Positions 29,823 to 39,814 of a stretch of DNA of 64,000 nt are shown here, one piece after another. The translations under genes and the position numbers were made by a program. The stretch is from Acidobacteriota bacterium. GTDB taxonomy: Bacteria > Acidobacteriota > UBA6911 > RPQK01 > JAJDTT01. Positions within the stretch are counted from its first letter, which is position 1. Each line of letters begins with the position of its first letter. The stretch covers positions 6,112,001-6,176,000 of the forward strand of contig CBDCJH010000002.1 of NCBI GenBank assembly GCA_965217775.1, given 5' to 3'. The notes under the pieces are model-generated. The model did no database searches. It was not told the origin of the DNA and saw nothing but the letters and a program-made list of their open reading frames with translations.

Positions 29823-30352
29823 GCCTCTGGCGGCTTTTGGGCCTGAACAAATTGGAACCGCGCCGCGAGGAGTCCGCTGACGAGGGACATATCGTCCGCG
29901 AGATTGCCGCCAAGCTGGATCAACTGGAAGACGCGGAAGCCCGGTACATCGCCTGCTTCTCCTACATTCTGAACCGGGTGGCCCATGCCGATCTGGAGAT
30001 CAGTCCGGAGGAAGTCGCCCAGATGGAGAAGATCGTCCAGGAGCAGGGGGGCCTGCCCGAGTCGCAATCGGTTCTGGTGGTTCAGATGGCCAAGACCCAC
30101 AACCGCCTCTTCGGCGCCACCGACAACTACCTGGTGACGCGCGAGTTCAATCGCATGGCCACCCGCACGCAGAAGCTGGAACTGATGGGGTGCCTCCTGG
30201 CGGTGTCTGCTTCGCACGAGGGGATCTCCACGGCCGAGGATGCGGAGATGCGCCAGATCACTAAAGAGCTGCAGCTCTCCCACCGGGACTTCATCGCCCT
30301 CCGATCCCGCTTCCGGGATCATCTGAATGTTCTCAGGAGGATCGCGGAGTAG
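29819..30352 (+). CDS. TerB-family (tellurite-resistance-like) protein
   Basis: RVAHADLEISPEE and SHEGISTAE metal-site motifs; ATGA overlap with the upstream gene. Confidence 0.8.
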   Translation: MSLWRLLGLNKLEPRREESADEGHIVREIAAKLDQLEDAEARYIACFSYILNRVAHADLEISPEEVAQMEKIVQEQGGLPESQSVLVVQMAKTHNRLFGATDNYLVTREFNRMATRTQKLELMGCLLAVSASHEGISTAEDAEMRQITKELQLSHRDFIALRSRFRDHLNVLRRIAE

Positions 30353-30361
30353 AGGCGTCCC

Positions 30362-30448
30362 GGAGGGGCGATTTCCAATCGCCCATTCCCCCTTCGCCTT
30401 CCGTTCCCTCGCGTACTTGGGAGTTCGGCGACTGGAAGTCGCCGCTCC
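30362..30448. repeat. REPIN-like inverted pair of GGAG-type REP palindromes
   Basis: GGAGGGGCGATTTCCAATCGCCC and inverted TCGGCGACTGGAAGTCGCCGCTCC between convergent genes. Confidence 0.75.
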
Positions 30449-30451
30449 CCT

Positions 30452-32230
30452 CTACAGAATGCCCAGCCGCTGCGCGGTGCTACGGATCCGTTCCATTCGA
30501 TCCTCTACGGGCACGATCCTCGTGCCGGCCGGGTTCGGCCTGGAGAGGTGGGCGTACTCGTAGACGTCGAAGCCGGCGAATCGCGGGTCGTGGTAGATCT
30601 GCTCCATGTCGGAGACGTACTCCTGCATGCTGTTGGTCCGCTTCAGGTAGCGGTTCAGGTAGACGGGAATTCCGTTGCGATTGGACAGTTCCAGGGCTTC
30701 CTCTACGACCGGATTGTCCAGGGCATTGGGAAGCAGGCCCCGATCCGCCTCGGGGGCCTCGAACCAGGTGGTCCGGAGCGTGATGCCGTCGGCCAGACCC
30801 TCCAGGAGCCACGTCCGCCAGTCGAATTCCAGGTTGGCGGGGAAGCCCATGAGTTGGCCGTGGCACGGGTCGGGCCCGAAGGCCTCGGCGTGGACGTGGA
30901 CCTGGAACTTCTTTCCGGCGCTCCGGATGCGACGGCTGGCCTGGCGGATGAATCGTGTGTAGTGGCGACCCCGAAGTCGGGCGAGTCGTCCGAGATCCCC
31001 ATCCGTATTGCCGATTTCGGTCCCGTATCTCTCCCGGTACTCTTCCAACAGCGGTGCGTTGAAGCCATACTCCAGGGGTTCGTCCGTCAAGGATCCGTGG
31101 GCGGAGACGCGAACGTCCACTCCGTCGACGCCTGCTTCAAGGAGCCGGTCCACCCAGCCCATCCAGAGCTTCTCCACCTCGGTGTAGAGTGCGCAGGGAG
31201 TGCAGGCCAGCGTGTCGTTTCGTCCCCGGGCGAAGGCGATGCAGCCGCCCCAGTTCCATTTCGACTTCTTGACGATGCCGAACATGGTGCCTTCGGTGGA
31301 GGCATTGTTGGTGTCCAACAGGACCGGGAACGGTCCCATCCCCGAATCGAATTCCAGTCCGCCCGTCCGGAAATCGCGGGGGCGGATCCACATGGCGCTT
31401 CGGGTCGCGATGACGATGGGCAGCGGATCCGGACCCGGACCGTAGGCTTCGATCATGGCCGAGGGAGCGTTGCCGAAGTCTCCCTCCTCGTCCTCGAAGT
31501 CGGTGGTGACCAGGATGAAGCGTCCGGTCAGATCGAGGCCTTCCAGCGTCAAGGTCCGCACGGGTGCGCCGGAAGCGGTCAACAGGTCGCCGAAGAACTC
31601 CCGGACCTCCCGGGTTGAAGGCTCTACCCGTTCCGTCAGGGAGAAGTCCACCGGTTGTCTCCGATAGCGGTAGTTGTCCGGGCTGGTCCAGATCTGGAGA
31701 CGCTCCTTGCGGATGCGGGTGGGCGAATCATCCGACTTGAGGAGCCGAATCTTCCGGATCGGAATGTTGTCCAGGCCAACCGGAGCCTCCCAGGGCCGCC
31801 GCGCGACGCGGGTGTGGGGGAACCGCTCCACGAACGGAAACACCTGTTGGAGGCAACCTCCGATTCGATGGACGCGAGTGTGGTTTCCCTTTGGTGAACC
31901 TTCCGGGTAGGTGCCCGCCAAGCCGGTGTTGAAGGGCTTCAGGACCGCGTAGACCTCCAGGCCGTGACGGTGAGCGATGGGGGTCACCGCCTTCAGAGGC
32001 TCTCCGATTCGCTCCACGGTGGCCGTGCCATACTGCATGTAGTCGAATGTGTTTCCCGCCCAGTAAGATCCGGACTCCTCGTCACCGTAGTAGAGCCAGT
32101 AGATTCTGCGGATCGCCAGACTCTTGATCTGGGTGACCATTTCCTCCAGAAGCTCCAGGCTGTAAGGCCCGTAGCGGACGTCGTCCGGGAAGTCTACGGT
32201 GGCCGAGAGAAGAAACGGGCGGGTGCTCAA
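30452..32230 (-). CDS. Hypothetical protein, possibly a glycoside-hydrolase-like TIM barrel
   Basis: 592-aa ORF; AHRHGLEVYA, GVDGVDVR, YGFN, DWRTWL.EGL.D patterns resemble GHL10-like proteins. Confidence 0.6.
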   Translation of the reverse strand: MSTRPFLLSATVDFPDDVRYGPYSLELLEEMVTQIKSLAIRRIYWLYYGDEESGSYWAGNTFDYMQYGTATVERIGEPLKAVTPIAHRHGLEVYAVLKPFNTGLAGTYPEGSPKGNHTRVHRIGGCLQQVFPFVERFPHTRVARRPWEAPVGLDNIPIRKIRLLKSDDSPTRIRKERLQIWTSPDNYRYRRQPVDFSLTERVEPSTREVREFFGDLLTASGAPVRTLTLEGLDLTGRFILVTTDFEDEEGDFGNAPSAMIEAYGPGPDPLPIVIATRSAMWIRPRDFRTGGLEFDSGMGPFPVLLDTNNASTEGTMFGIVKKSKWNWGGCIAFARGRNDTLACTPCALYTEVEKLWMGWVDRLLEAGVDGVDVRVSAHGSLTDEPLEYGFNAPLLEEYRERYGTEIGNTDGDLGRLARLRGRHYTRFIRQASRRIRSAGKKFQVHVHAEAFGPDPCHGQLMGFPANLEFDWRTWLLEGLADGITLRTTWFEAPEADRGLLPNALDNPVVEEALELSNRNGIPVYLNRYLKRTNSMQEYVSDMEQIYHDPRFAGFDVYEYAHLSRPNPAGTRIVPVEDRMERIRSTAQRLGIL

Positions 32231-32240
32231 ACGGCGGACC

Positions 32241-33014
32241 TCATACCGTCGCCATCCAGCCTCCGTCCACCACCAGCGCGGAACCGGTGACCCAGGAGGC
32301 GTCGTCGGAGGCCAGGAAGACGCAGGCCCGGGCGATGTCCCGGGGCGTGCCGAAACGGGGCAGGAGCGTGCGCTGGCGCCCCTCCTCGATCTGTTCCGGA
32401 GTCAGGTAGTCCTGGTTCGCCGTCTCGATGAAGCCGGGACAGACGGCATTGACGGTAATGCCCAGAGGTCCCAGTTCCACGGCCGTGTCGCGGGCGAGAT
32501 TCACCACCGCGGCCTTGGTCGGGGCATAGACTGGTCCCGCTCCTCCGCCCCGGTAGTTCACCGATGAGATGTGGATGATGCGCCCCTGGGGAGACCGTTT
32601 CAGGTGGGGAACCGCCGCCTTGGTGGTCAGGAAGAGGGCCCGGAGATTGATCGACATGACCCGGTCCCAGTCGGCAATGGTCAGCGTCTGGGAGGTTCCC
32701 GGGATGTGGACGCCGGCGTTGTTGACCAGGATGTCCAACGCCCCGAATTCCTCGACCGTCCGGTCGACGAGCTGTTGGACGAAGTCCTCGCAGGCGATGT
32801 CCCCCTGGAGGAAGATCCCCCGGCCGCCGGCCCTCTGGATCTCCTCCACGGTGGGCTTGCGGGGCTCGGTCTCGTAGTAGCGGCCGACCTTGGGCGTCGC
32901 GCGGATGTCGGCGACCGCCACGGCGGCCCCCTCCCGGGCCAGTTCCAGGGAAATCCCTCGGCCGATTCCCGAACTCCCTCCGGTCACGATGGCCACTCTG
33001 TTCTTCAAGCGCAT
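32241..33014 (-). CDS. SDR-family oxidoreductase
   Basis: TGGSSGIG, NNAG, YAPTK, VNAVCPG, VDGG. Confidence 0.95.
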   Translation of the reverse strand: MRLKNRVAIVTGGSSGIGRGISLELAREGAAVAVADIRATPKVGRYYETEPRKPTVEEIQRAGGRGIFLQGDIACEDFVQQLVDRTVEEFGALDILVNNAGVHIPGTSQTLTIADWDRVMSINLRALFLTTKAAVPHLKRSPQGRIIHISSVNYRGGGAGPVYAPTKAAVVNLARDTAVELGPLGITVNAVCPGFIETANQDYLTPEQIEEGRQRTLLPRFGTPRDIARACVFLASDDASWVTGSALVVDGGWMATV

Positions 33015-33114
33015 AGGATGTCACCTTGGGAATTGACCGCGAAGTGCAGGGAATGATACCAGACTCCCCGGCGGGATCGTTCCGGTCCATGCCCGTTGCG
33101 ATAGGCGGATCCGA

Positions 33115-33819
33115 ATGCTGGGGAGAGCGTTCAAGGCCGAGTATCTGGACTTCGGAAAGGGAATCCGGGTGGGGCACCTGGAACCCCGTGCCCGCATCAC
33201 CCAGATCCTCAAGCTGTCCCTGCAAGAGCTTTATGGGCAGGATTTCATCATCGATCGCTGGGGCCGCGGCGTCTACTGGCAGTGGATCTGTTTCGTACCG
33301 CGAGCCAATCGCCGGGCCAAGCCGCTCTCGGGCGGCCGCAGCTACTCCAGCGCCAAGTTCTTCATCATGGTCGACCGGGAGGAGGGACTGTTCAAGTCCG
33401 GTCTTCATGTGGAGCGAGGGTTGATCCAGCCGCCGGACTCACAAGAGGCCTACCGGCTCCGGCCGGACTGGGACTGGCATCGGCTCGCGCAGGGTTTGGA
33501 ACCGAACGGATGGTGGGAACGGGAGGTCCGCCGGTTGATCGAAGAGGACGGGTTCCAACTGACGCTGGGGTCGTTCAGAACCGGTCTCCGATCCTTCTCC
33601 GGCCGTCTGCCTCCGGCATCGGACCTTCGCGAAATCATTGCGAACGCGCCGCCGGACAAGTGGTTTGTATTCCAGTTGCACTATCCCATGACGCCGGAAG
33701 AGGTCGAGGGCTCGGCGGGACCCGACCTGGTGGCCGGCATGCTGGCCGTCTTCCGGGAACTGACGCCGGTGATGAACCTCTGTCTGGAGGACGCCGCCGC
33801 ATTGCGCGTGGGAATCTAA
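33115..33819 (+). CDS. Hypothetical protein
   Basis: 234-aa ORF with host-like codon usage. Confidence 0.65.
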   Translation: MLGRAFKAEYLDFGKGIRVGHLEPRARITQILKLSLQELYGQDFIIDRWGRGVYWQWICFVPRANRRAKPLSGGRSYSSAKFFIMVDREEGLFKSGLHVERGLIQPPDSQEAYRLRPDWDWHRLAQGLEPNGWWEREVRRLIEEDGFQLTLGSFRTGLRSFSGRLPPASDLREIIANAPPDKWFVFQLHYPMTPEEVEGSAGPDLVAGMLAVFRELTPVMNLCLEDAAALRVGI

Positions 33820-33937
33820 CGTCGATGTTGTCCTGACCCAAGTTTCTCTTCCATCGAGTACAAGAGCCCTATAAGGCCTATCTTACGGATAGAATAGGGT
33901 GAACTAGACTAATTTGTTTCGCGCTTGTTCCGGTGAT

Positions 33938-35933
33938 CCCAGATTATTCATCACGCAAACATAAAATGGGAAAGCGTTCCCGCCATGTCGAGTCGGATCA
34001 GAGGGTTACGGGATACCCACATAAAAAGGTCGAGAGCCGCCGTGGGTGAAACGCTATCGTGGTTTTCGACTCCGCCTTAATCTTTGGGTTCAGAGGGGTC
34101 CGAAACCCTCGCATTTCCAAGGTTTTCTCCCCTTCCATGGGCGGCAAAAAGAGGCGGCGTGCCCGTCATTTGTGGTATGATTATGGTGCTAAGAAACAAC
34201 AACAAAGAACGGAGCACGCCATGCCTGAGACGATACCGCAGATCCGGCCCTCATTCAACCGATCCCTCCGCCTCGAGACCCGCCCCGAGTTGCTCAGTGC
34301 GGACACGGGAGCCCTGGTGCAACGGGAGCTGATGGATCGTAGCGGCCTCATCGATTGGTTGACCGAGCGGTTGCACGATCCGCGACACCCGAGTTCGATC
34401 CGCTATCCGCTGTCGGATCTGCTGCGGACTCGACTCCTGCTGTTGGGGCAGGGCTGGCGCGACCAGTCCGACGCCGACCGCCTGCGTCAGGATCCGAGCT
34501 TGCGGGTGGCGAGCCAGACCCGTCGGGGCACGGCGGCCTTGGAGGAGGGCCAGGGGCTGGCGTCGCAGCCGACCTTGTCCCGACTGCTGGACACACTCAG
34601 CCGGGAGGAGAACCTTCCGGTCCTGCACCAGGCGGTGACGGAGCTGGCGTGCCGTCGGATCGAGATGATCGCAGGCCGGCGGCGAAAACGGGGGAAAAAG
34701 ACCCCACGGAAGAAGAGACGGAAAAAGACGATGTACCTGGACGTGGACGGTCTCCCGGTGGAGGTCCATGGGCATCCCCCGGGAAGCGAATGGAACGGAT
34801 ACTATCGCCAGCGGATGTACCACGGGTTGGTGGCGAGTTGTGCCGAGACGGGGGACCTGATCGACGGGGAGATTTTTCCGGGAGCCAGCTACCTGGGGAA
34901 GAAGGCGCTGAAGTTGACGCTCCGGGTCGTGGACCGCTGTCGGGGGCGTCTGTGCGGCTCGATGATCGTGCGGATGGATGCGGGGTTCCCGGAGCCGGGG
35001 CTGCTGCAGGGGCTGGAGTCGAGAAGCGTGCCCTATATCGCTCGAATCCGCAAGAATGAGGTCCTGAACCGGATGGCGAAGCTCTACTTGACCCAACCGG
35101 CGGGGCGGTCCCCGAAAGCACCGCCGAGGCTCTGGTTCCATGAGCTGACCTATCAGGCGGAGAGTTGGGATCGGGCGCGCCGGGTGGTGCTGGTGGTGCG
35201 GGAGCGACCGGGGGAGTTGTATCCGGATCATTTCTGGTTGCTGACGAGCCTGAGCCGGAAGCGTTATGAGGCGGAAGCGTTGCTGGCAAAGTATCGCAAG
35301 CGGGGGAAGGCGGAAGGGCACATGGGGGAGTTGATGGACGTGTTCGATCCGGCCTTGTCCTCCGCGAGCCGGCCCAAGACGCACTATCGGGGCAAACCGC
35401 TGAAGCCGGGAACCAAGCCGGAAGCGACGACGGAGGCCGGGGTTCGACCCCACAACGAAGTCTTGTTCCTGCTGAATCTGCTGGGGTACGAGATCCTGCA
35501 CCTGGGTCGGGTGCTGATGGAGCAGGCGACGCGTCGGGGCTGGAGTCTGCGTCGTTTTCGCGAGCGGGTGTTGCGAGTGGCGTCTCGGGCGTTGCGTCAG
35601 GGGAGGCGATTGATTTTCGTCATCAGTCAAGGGGCGACGGACTGGAAGCGGTTGTGGAAGAGCCTGGCGCGGGTGTCCTGGGCGCCGGGATAGTGGACGG
35701 AGGAGGCATCGGGCCCGTGGAAGGGACCGAAACGGTGGGAATTTCTCACCGGAAAGTCAACCTGTCGGCGGATGACGGTCCCCCTGGCCGGTAAACGGTT
35801 TATGAGTGGTTCAATCGTCCTGTTTTTGAGCCGATTCAGTCGAATCGACAGAGGTTCGAGAGAAACCGGGCTCCGACCGCCAGAAAACGCCGGGCTGGAA
35901 GCCCTTATCAACATGTCCCATGAATAATCTGGG
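33938..35933 (+). mobile_element. IS1380-family insertion sequence, 5-bp target duplication GTGAT
   Basis: Perfect 14-bp TIRs CCCAGATTATTCAT / ATGAATAATCTGGG; GTGAT at 33933-33937 and 35934-35938. Confidence 0.93.
34221..35693 (+). CDS. IS1380-family DDE transposase
   Basis: DPR...RY.L.DLL, LASQPTLSR, LDVD, NGYY...YH, VRMDAGF, Y..RG..E...GE. Confidence 0.92.
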   Translation: MPETIPQIRPSFNRSLRLETRPELLSADTGALVQRELMDRSGLIDWLTERLHDPRHPSSIRYPLSDLLRTRLLLLGQGWRDQSDADRLRQDPSLRVASQTRRGTAALEEGQGLASQPTLSRLLDTLSREENLPVLHQAVTELACRRIEMIAGRRRKRGKKTPRKKRRKKTMYLDVDGLPVEVHGHPPGSEWNGYYRQRMYHGLVASCAETGDLIDGEIFPGASYLGKKALKLTLRVVDRCRGRLCGSMIVRMDAGFPEPGLLQGLESRSVPYIARIRKNEVLNRMAKLYLTQPAGRSPKAPPRLWFHELTYQAESWDRARRVVLVVRERPGELYPDHFWLLTSLSRKRYEAEALLAKYRKRGKAEGHMGELMDVFDPALSSASRPKTHYRGKPLKPGTKPEATTEAGVRPHNEVLFLLNLLGYEILHLGRVLMEQATRRGWSLRRFRERVLRVASRALRQGRRLIFVISQGATDWKRLWKSLARVSWAPG

Positions 35934-36205
35934 GTGATACCTATGCCTGTTACGGCGATCGAGGCCAATCATTTCTACGAAAGTACGATCATAGTTTTAG
36001 TGGCATATTCTTCCTATGTTCTGACCATGTGGGCGCTTTGTCTTGCTTGGTAGTCCCGCGGACACAACTGGCTGAACTCCTCGATGCTATGTTCTGGTCT
36101 TACGGTACTACTTCGTTGCCGTAACACTTTTTTCTTCTGGTGCCGCAACAGAAATGTGGTCCGGCATCATTTCCTGGCGCCCAATAGAGAGAGCCCCCAG
36201 AAGAT

Positions 36206-39200
36206 CTAATCGAATCTCGTCGTTTGAGTTTCCAGCCATTGCAGACGCCGATCAACCTCCAGTTTTGGCTCGGCATCTACCAATCGGTCGATAATTTTGG
36301 AAATTTCGAAGAAACTTCCTCGGCTCCCGGGACCGCACACCAGCCAAAGTAAGGAGAGGGTCTCTTGGGGAAACTGTTCCGCTATCTTCGACGATAGGAT
36401 CGTATGTAAGGTTCCGTACCGCTGGTCATATGGAGCAATGTATGGTCGTAGTTGCTCCAGAGCAGCCGGGAATTCGTTGCCCGCTCCAACCAATAAATCA
36501 ATCCAGGGGGATGTGAGAGATGAATCGCGGAATTCGAGTTCTTTTGGCCAATAATCTTCAAGAAAAATTCGGACGCCGAGGCGCCAATTATCTTCAACAC
36601 TGGATTTGCCGCCGTGAAGCCAGCTTGCCAGCACCTCCAGTGCTCCAGATCTAATGCTGTGCTGAGTCTTTCGTAGCACCTGGGCGACGTCCGACGCGCC
36701 AAGCCCCCAATTCACACCAGTATCTCCCCGAACCTCAGCCATTGCAGGGCGAAGAACTTTGGAAGCAATCGTAGCGGCGGCGTGATCAGCTTGCTCGCTT
36801 TCAATCGCGCCTTTTATGATTGCCGGTCCGAGCACGTGAGTTAGCTCTGGCGTAATCGGGCCGTAACGCAACAACACTGCGCGTAGAGCTACTCCCTCAG
36901 CATTCTCAGCGTTGATGCGTGGTTCAAGAATCTCAATCACGGACTGTTGATCGACCGCGAGCAAAAAGGACAAATAACGTGCAAGAATAGCGCGCCCGAG
37001 CTGTCCGGCTGCGCCAGGGTAGCCGGATATTCTTCTAATGAGTCGGAATTGTAATGGTGAGGGTGAAGCGCCAACTTGCCGCTTGGCATCTACCTCATAC
37101 AGCAACGCCTCCGTCACCTTCCCGGCGTCAGAATTAATCGCTATTTCGTAGATATCGGTCGAGAGATCGACCGGCTCCTCCCGCTGCTCTCCAACAATTT
37201 GCCAAATGCGCTCAAGCCAGCTCACAACACCCACAATATCTTGTCGGGGCGCGAAATATATTAAGTTAGCTAAACTCGAAGCCATTGGCCGAAGCAGATC
37301 CTGACTGAAAGCGGACAAGTGTAGGAACACCTTAGGTACTAGTCCGTCCCGAATCGTCTTGCTCGCTTCATCGCCAACCGCCAGTCCAAAGAGGAACTCA
37401 TTCCATAGGACCCCATTTTCTATAGTAAGGTTGTCTCTGCAGAGTAAATCGAATGCTCCTTGCGGGTCGGTTCGGCAGTAAGCGGACCACCCTTGTCGCA
37501 AGTCCATTTCTGGGCTGTCGATGAGTTCCTGTGCAACTGTGAGGCGATCGTCTTCCGCAGCCTCCAAGATCGGTGCCGGATTTCCAACAATACGGCGCAC
37601 GCCGGAGCTATAGGCGCCAAAAAAATCTCGGTCTTCCACCGCGCGGTTAAGGTAGTCCCGCCGCACTTTGATGGCGGCAAGCACTTCGCTGCCGTGTTCG
37701 GATAGAACACCGGCGTCCTGCAGCATGTTGAGTCGAAGCCATACTGCTGTATCGCGCGCGTGGGATCGCCAGTCAGCTTCGCCGGGTTCAATCGTATAGC
37801 GGTCGAAATATGCCTTACTAGTTTGGAGTATGCGCTCTTCAACCCCGCTCACGATTTCTGGAGAAGCAGTTTCTGCCCGCTCCTTTAAGAGGAGCGCGAT
37901 TTCACGGCGGATCCTCCAGAAATCAATATCGGATGTGGACAACAAGGTTGACATCGCCTCGTCTGCGTCGAAGAGTTCGACATTACGCATAGCATGGAGG
38001 CAAAGCCGCAGCCCGATTCGTCCGGTCAAGCTCTTCCAGCCGATTACAATTCTTCTTGTGTAATCCCGGTCCAAAGTCGCAGCCTGACAAAAAATTTCCG
38101 CAAGCAACTGAACCAGAAAATTCACTCCTTCGCGAAACTGGTTCTGCGTGTGGCGTTCAATCGAGGGTACTGTGAAATCGTTTGAGTCGTTTTCTTCACC
38201 GATTTGCTCAAGTTCGACCTGGAGTTCGAGAGCAGAACGCAGTTCAGCCGTTGCGAGGTCGAGAATCTGTGTAGCTCGGGCCGGCATTGAGCACAACGTA
38301 TCAGCGAGGTCCTCGGCATTGTGCCGGCTGGAGATCGCCATGCGAGGCCACACGATATCGGCAAGCCGCCGGATTGGTTGACTTTCATTCTGTTCACGTG
38401 ACTCGCGATAACTCTGGCTCAGCACGAGCCGGGGCGCGAGTAGGCCCACGGCCTTCCGAAGATCGCTGTCTAGAACAACGGCACTCGTCAGCCGTTTCTT
38501 AGTCGCGTAATAGGCCTGATCGTCGTCTGGGACAGGTTCAGCGAGGCAGAAAAGTCGCCAAATACGGGTCCATGTTTCGTCCAAACCCTGTGTTTGGACC
38601 AACCGCTGCGAGATATGTTCGGTAAATAGCCGTTTTAGACGGCGCTGCCACTCGCATGCAAATTCAAACCGGTCGCGATCTTGAAAGTCCTGGGAGACCC
38701 AGTCTGCGATCACCCAAGGAGCGTCTTCAACTGACCACAATCCCGAGTCCTGAAAAAACTCAAACCATTCGGGGTCCGTAATCGCATCGAGAGCGACTGA
38801 CCAAAGATCGCGGCGGCCACTGAAGAGCCAGCCAAGTTCTCTTCGAGAATCTCCGTCCGCCTCCGCGACAGGTCGCTCCAAAATCGTGCGTGCCCGTTCC
38901 CTCCGCGACCGTTTCGGGCGGTCAACAATCTCCGCCAGTTCCGCTAGGTCTCTCCACAGCGGGGAGTGGTCGTGTTTGCCGCTGTCCCGATTTATTTTGC
39001 TGTAGGGCAGGGTCACCACGGCGAGCGTGCCCCAAGGGCGGGTGGCTTCCTCCGGATCGCGCTCATATGAATCGAACGCATATACGGGCTTAAGATCCGG
39101 GAAGCGTACACGATCCGCTTCAAGCACATTGAGGAAATACCTGACTGGCGCGTCCTTTGCGCTGTATCCCACGAGAACAATCGCCTTGCAGCGCGCCAGA

Positions 39201-39814
39201 TCGAAGAGAAAGCGCGATGCCCATCCGGAGCGCAAATAAGCATCGCCATAATCGGCGCTCGTAAGTACGAGCGGGGTCTGTTCGAGGTCGAGTTTGCGAT
39301 CGGGGAGACGGCCATGAATGTGAATGATGCCCGAAAAAGACGGGCTGCCCGGAGCGGGAAGCGCTTGACCTGCGAAGCTGACTACAACTGGTGTTTCGCC
39401 CAGTATGTCCGCTGCAGCTCTCTCCAGCAGAGTGTCAAAGTTCGTGGTGACTACCGAGATTCTGTTATCGAGGTCACGTGACAGACGCAGAATTGTGCAA
39501 TGCTGATGGTGGATGGGTTTCTCGGGTATCTCAAGGATTTCCGAAACCGTCCGTGTCACGGCGTACGGGTCAGATAGCCGTCGGCTAAGTGATCCCAGGA
39601 CTTCTTCATAGCGGTCCTCGGCAAACGCACGTTGCTCCGACTCCGTTTTCTCAACAGATAGGGCCTCGTACGTACGCTCGACCAGAGATCTAAAACCCGG
39701 CATTTGCGGTGCACTTACTCCTGTGCCACATAGGAAAACCACCTCGCCGCCCAAGAGTGCGTCGACGAATTCGTCCGGGAATTCGGGGCCATCGTTGGAA
39801 AAACGAAGGGTCAC
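36206..39814 (-). CDS. Large SIR2-domain protein (~1200 aa; Dsr1-like anti-phage sirtuin)
   Basis: GPEFPD...GEVVFLCGTGVS, TTNFD, HIHG, LVGYS; long helical C-terminus; GTG start at 39814 behind GGAGA; lower GC than the flanks. Confidence 0.82.
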   Translation of the reverse strand: MTLRFSNDGPEFPDEFVDALLGGEVVFLCGTGVSAPQMPGFRSLVERTYEALSVEKTESEQRAFAEDRYEEVLGSLSRRLSDPYAVTRTVSEILEIPEKPIHHQHCTILRLSRDLDNRISVVTTNFDTLLERAAADILGETPVVVSFAGQALPAPGSPSFSGIIHIHGRLPDRKLDLEQTPLVLTSADYGDAYLRSGWASRFLFDLARCKAIVLVGYSAKDAPVRYFLNVLEADRVRFPDLKPVYAFDSYERDPEEATRPWGTLAVVTLPYSKINRDSGKHDHSPLWRDLAELAEIVDRPKRSRRERARTILERPVAEADGDSRRELGWLFSGRRDLWSVALDAITDPEWFEFFQDSGLWSVEDAPWVIADWVSQDFQDRDRFEFACEWQRRLKRLFTEHISQRLVQTQGLDETWTRIWRLFCLAEPVPDDDQAYYATKKRLTSAVVLDSDLRKAVGLLAPRLVLSQSYRESREQNESQPIRRLADIVWPRMAISSRHNAEDLADTLCSMPARATQILDLATAELRSALELQVELEQIGEENDSNDFTVPSIERHTQNQFREGVNFLVQLLAEIFCQAATLDRDYTRRIVIGWKSLTGRIGLRLCLHAMRNVELFDADEAMSTLLSTSDIDFWRIRREIALLLKERAETASPEIVSGVEERILQTSKAYFDRYTIEPGEADWRSHARDTAVWLRLNMLQDAGVLSEHGSEVLAAIKVRRDYLNRAVEDRDFFGAYSSGVRRIVGNPAPILEAAEDDRLTVAQELIDSPEMDLRQGWSAYCRTDPQGAFDLLCRDNLTIENGVLWNEFLFGLAVGDEASKTIRDGLVPKVFLHLSAFSQDLLRPMASSLANLIYFAPRQDIVGVVSWLERIWQIVGEQREEPVDLSTDIYEIAINSDAGKVTEALLYEVDAKRQVGASPSPLQFRLIRRISGYPGAAGQLGRAILARYLSFLLAVDQQSVIEILEPRINAENAEGVALRAVLLRYGPITPELTHVLGPAIIKGAIESEQADHAAATIASKVLRPAMAEVRGDTGVNWGLGASDVAQVLRKTQHSIRSGALEVLASWLHGGKSSVEDNWRLGVRIFLEDYWPKELEFRDSSLTSPWIDLLVGAGNEFPAALEQLRPYIAPYDQRYGTLHTILSSKIAEQFPQETLSLLWLVCGPGSRGSFFEISKIIDRLVDAEPKLEVDRRLQWLETQTTRFD

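Noticed and set aside
35939-36200. Gene downstream of the SIR2 protein interrupted by IS1380
   Set aside because: Joining the flanks gives only short stop-riddled frames with no recognisable motif.
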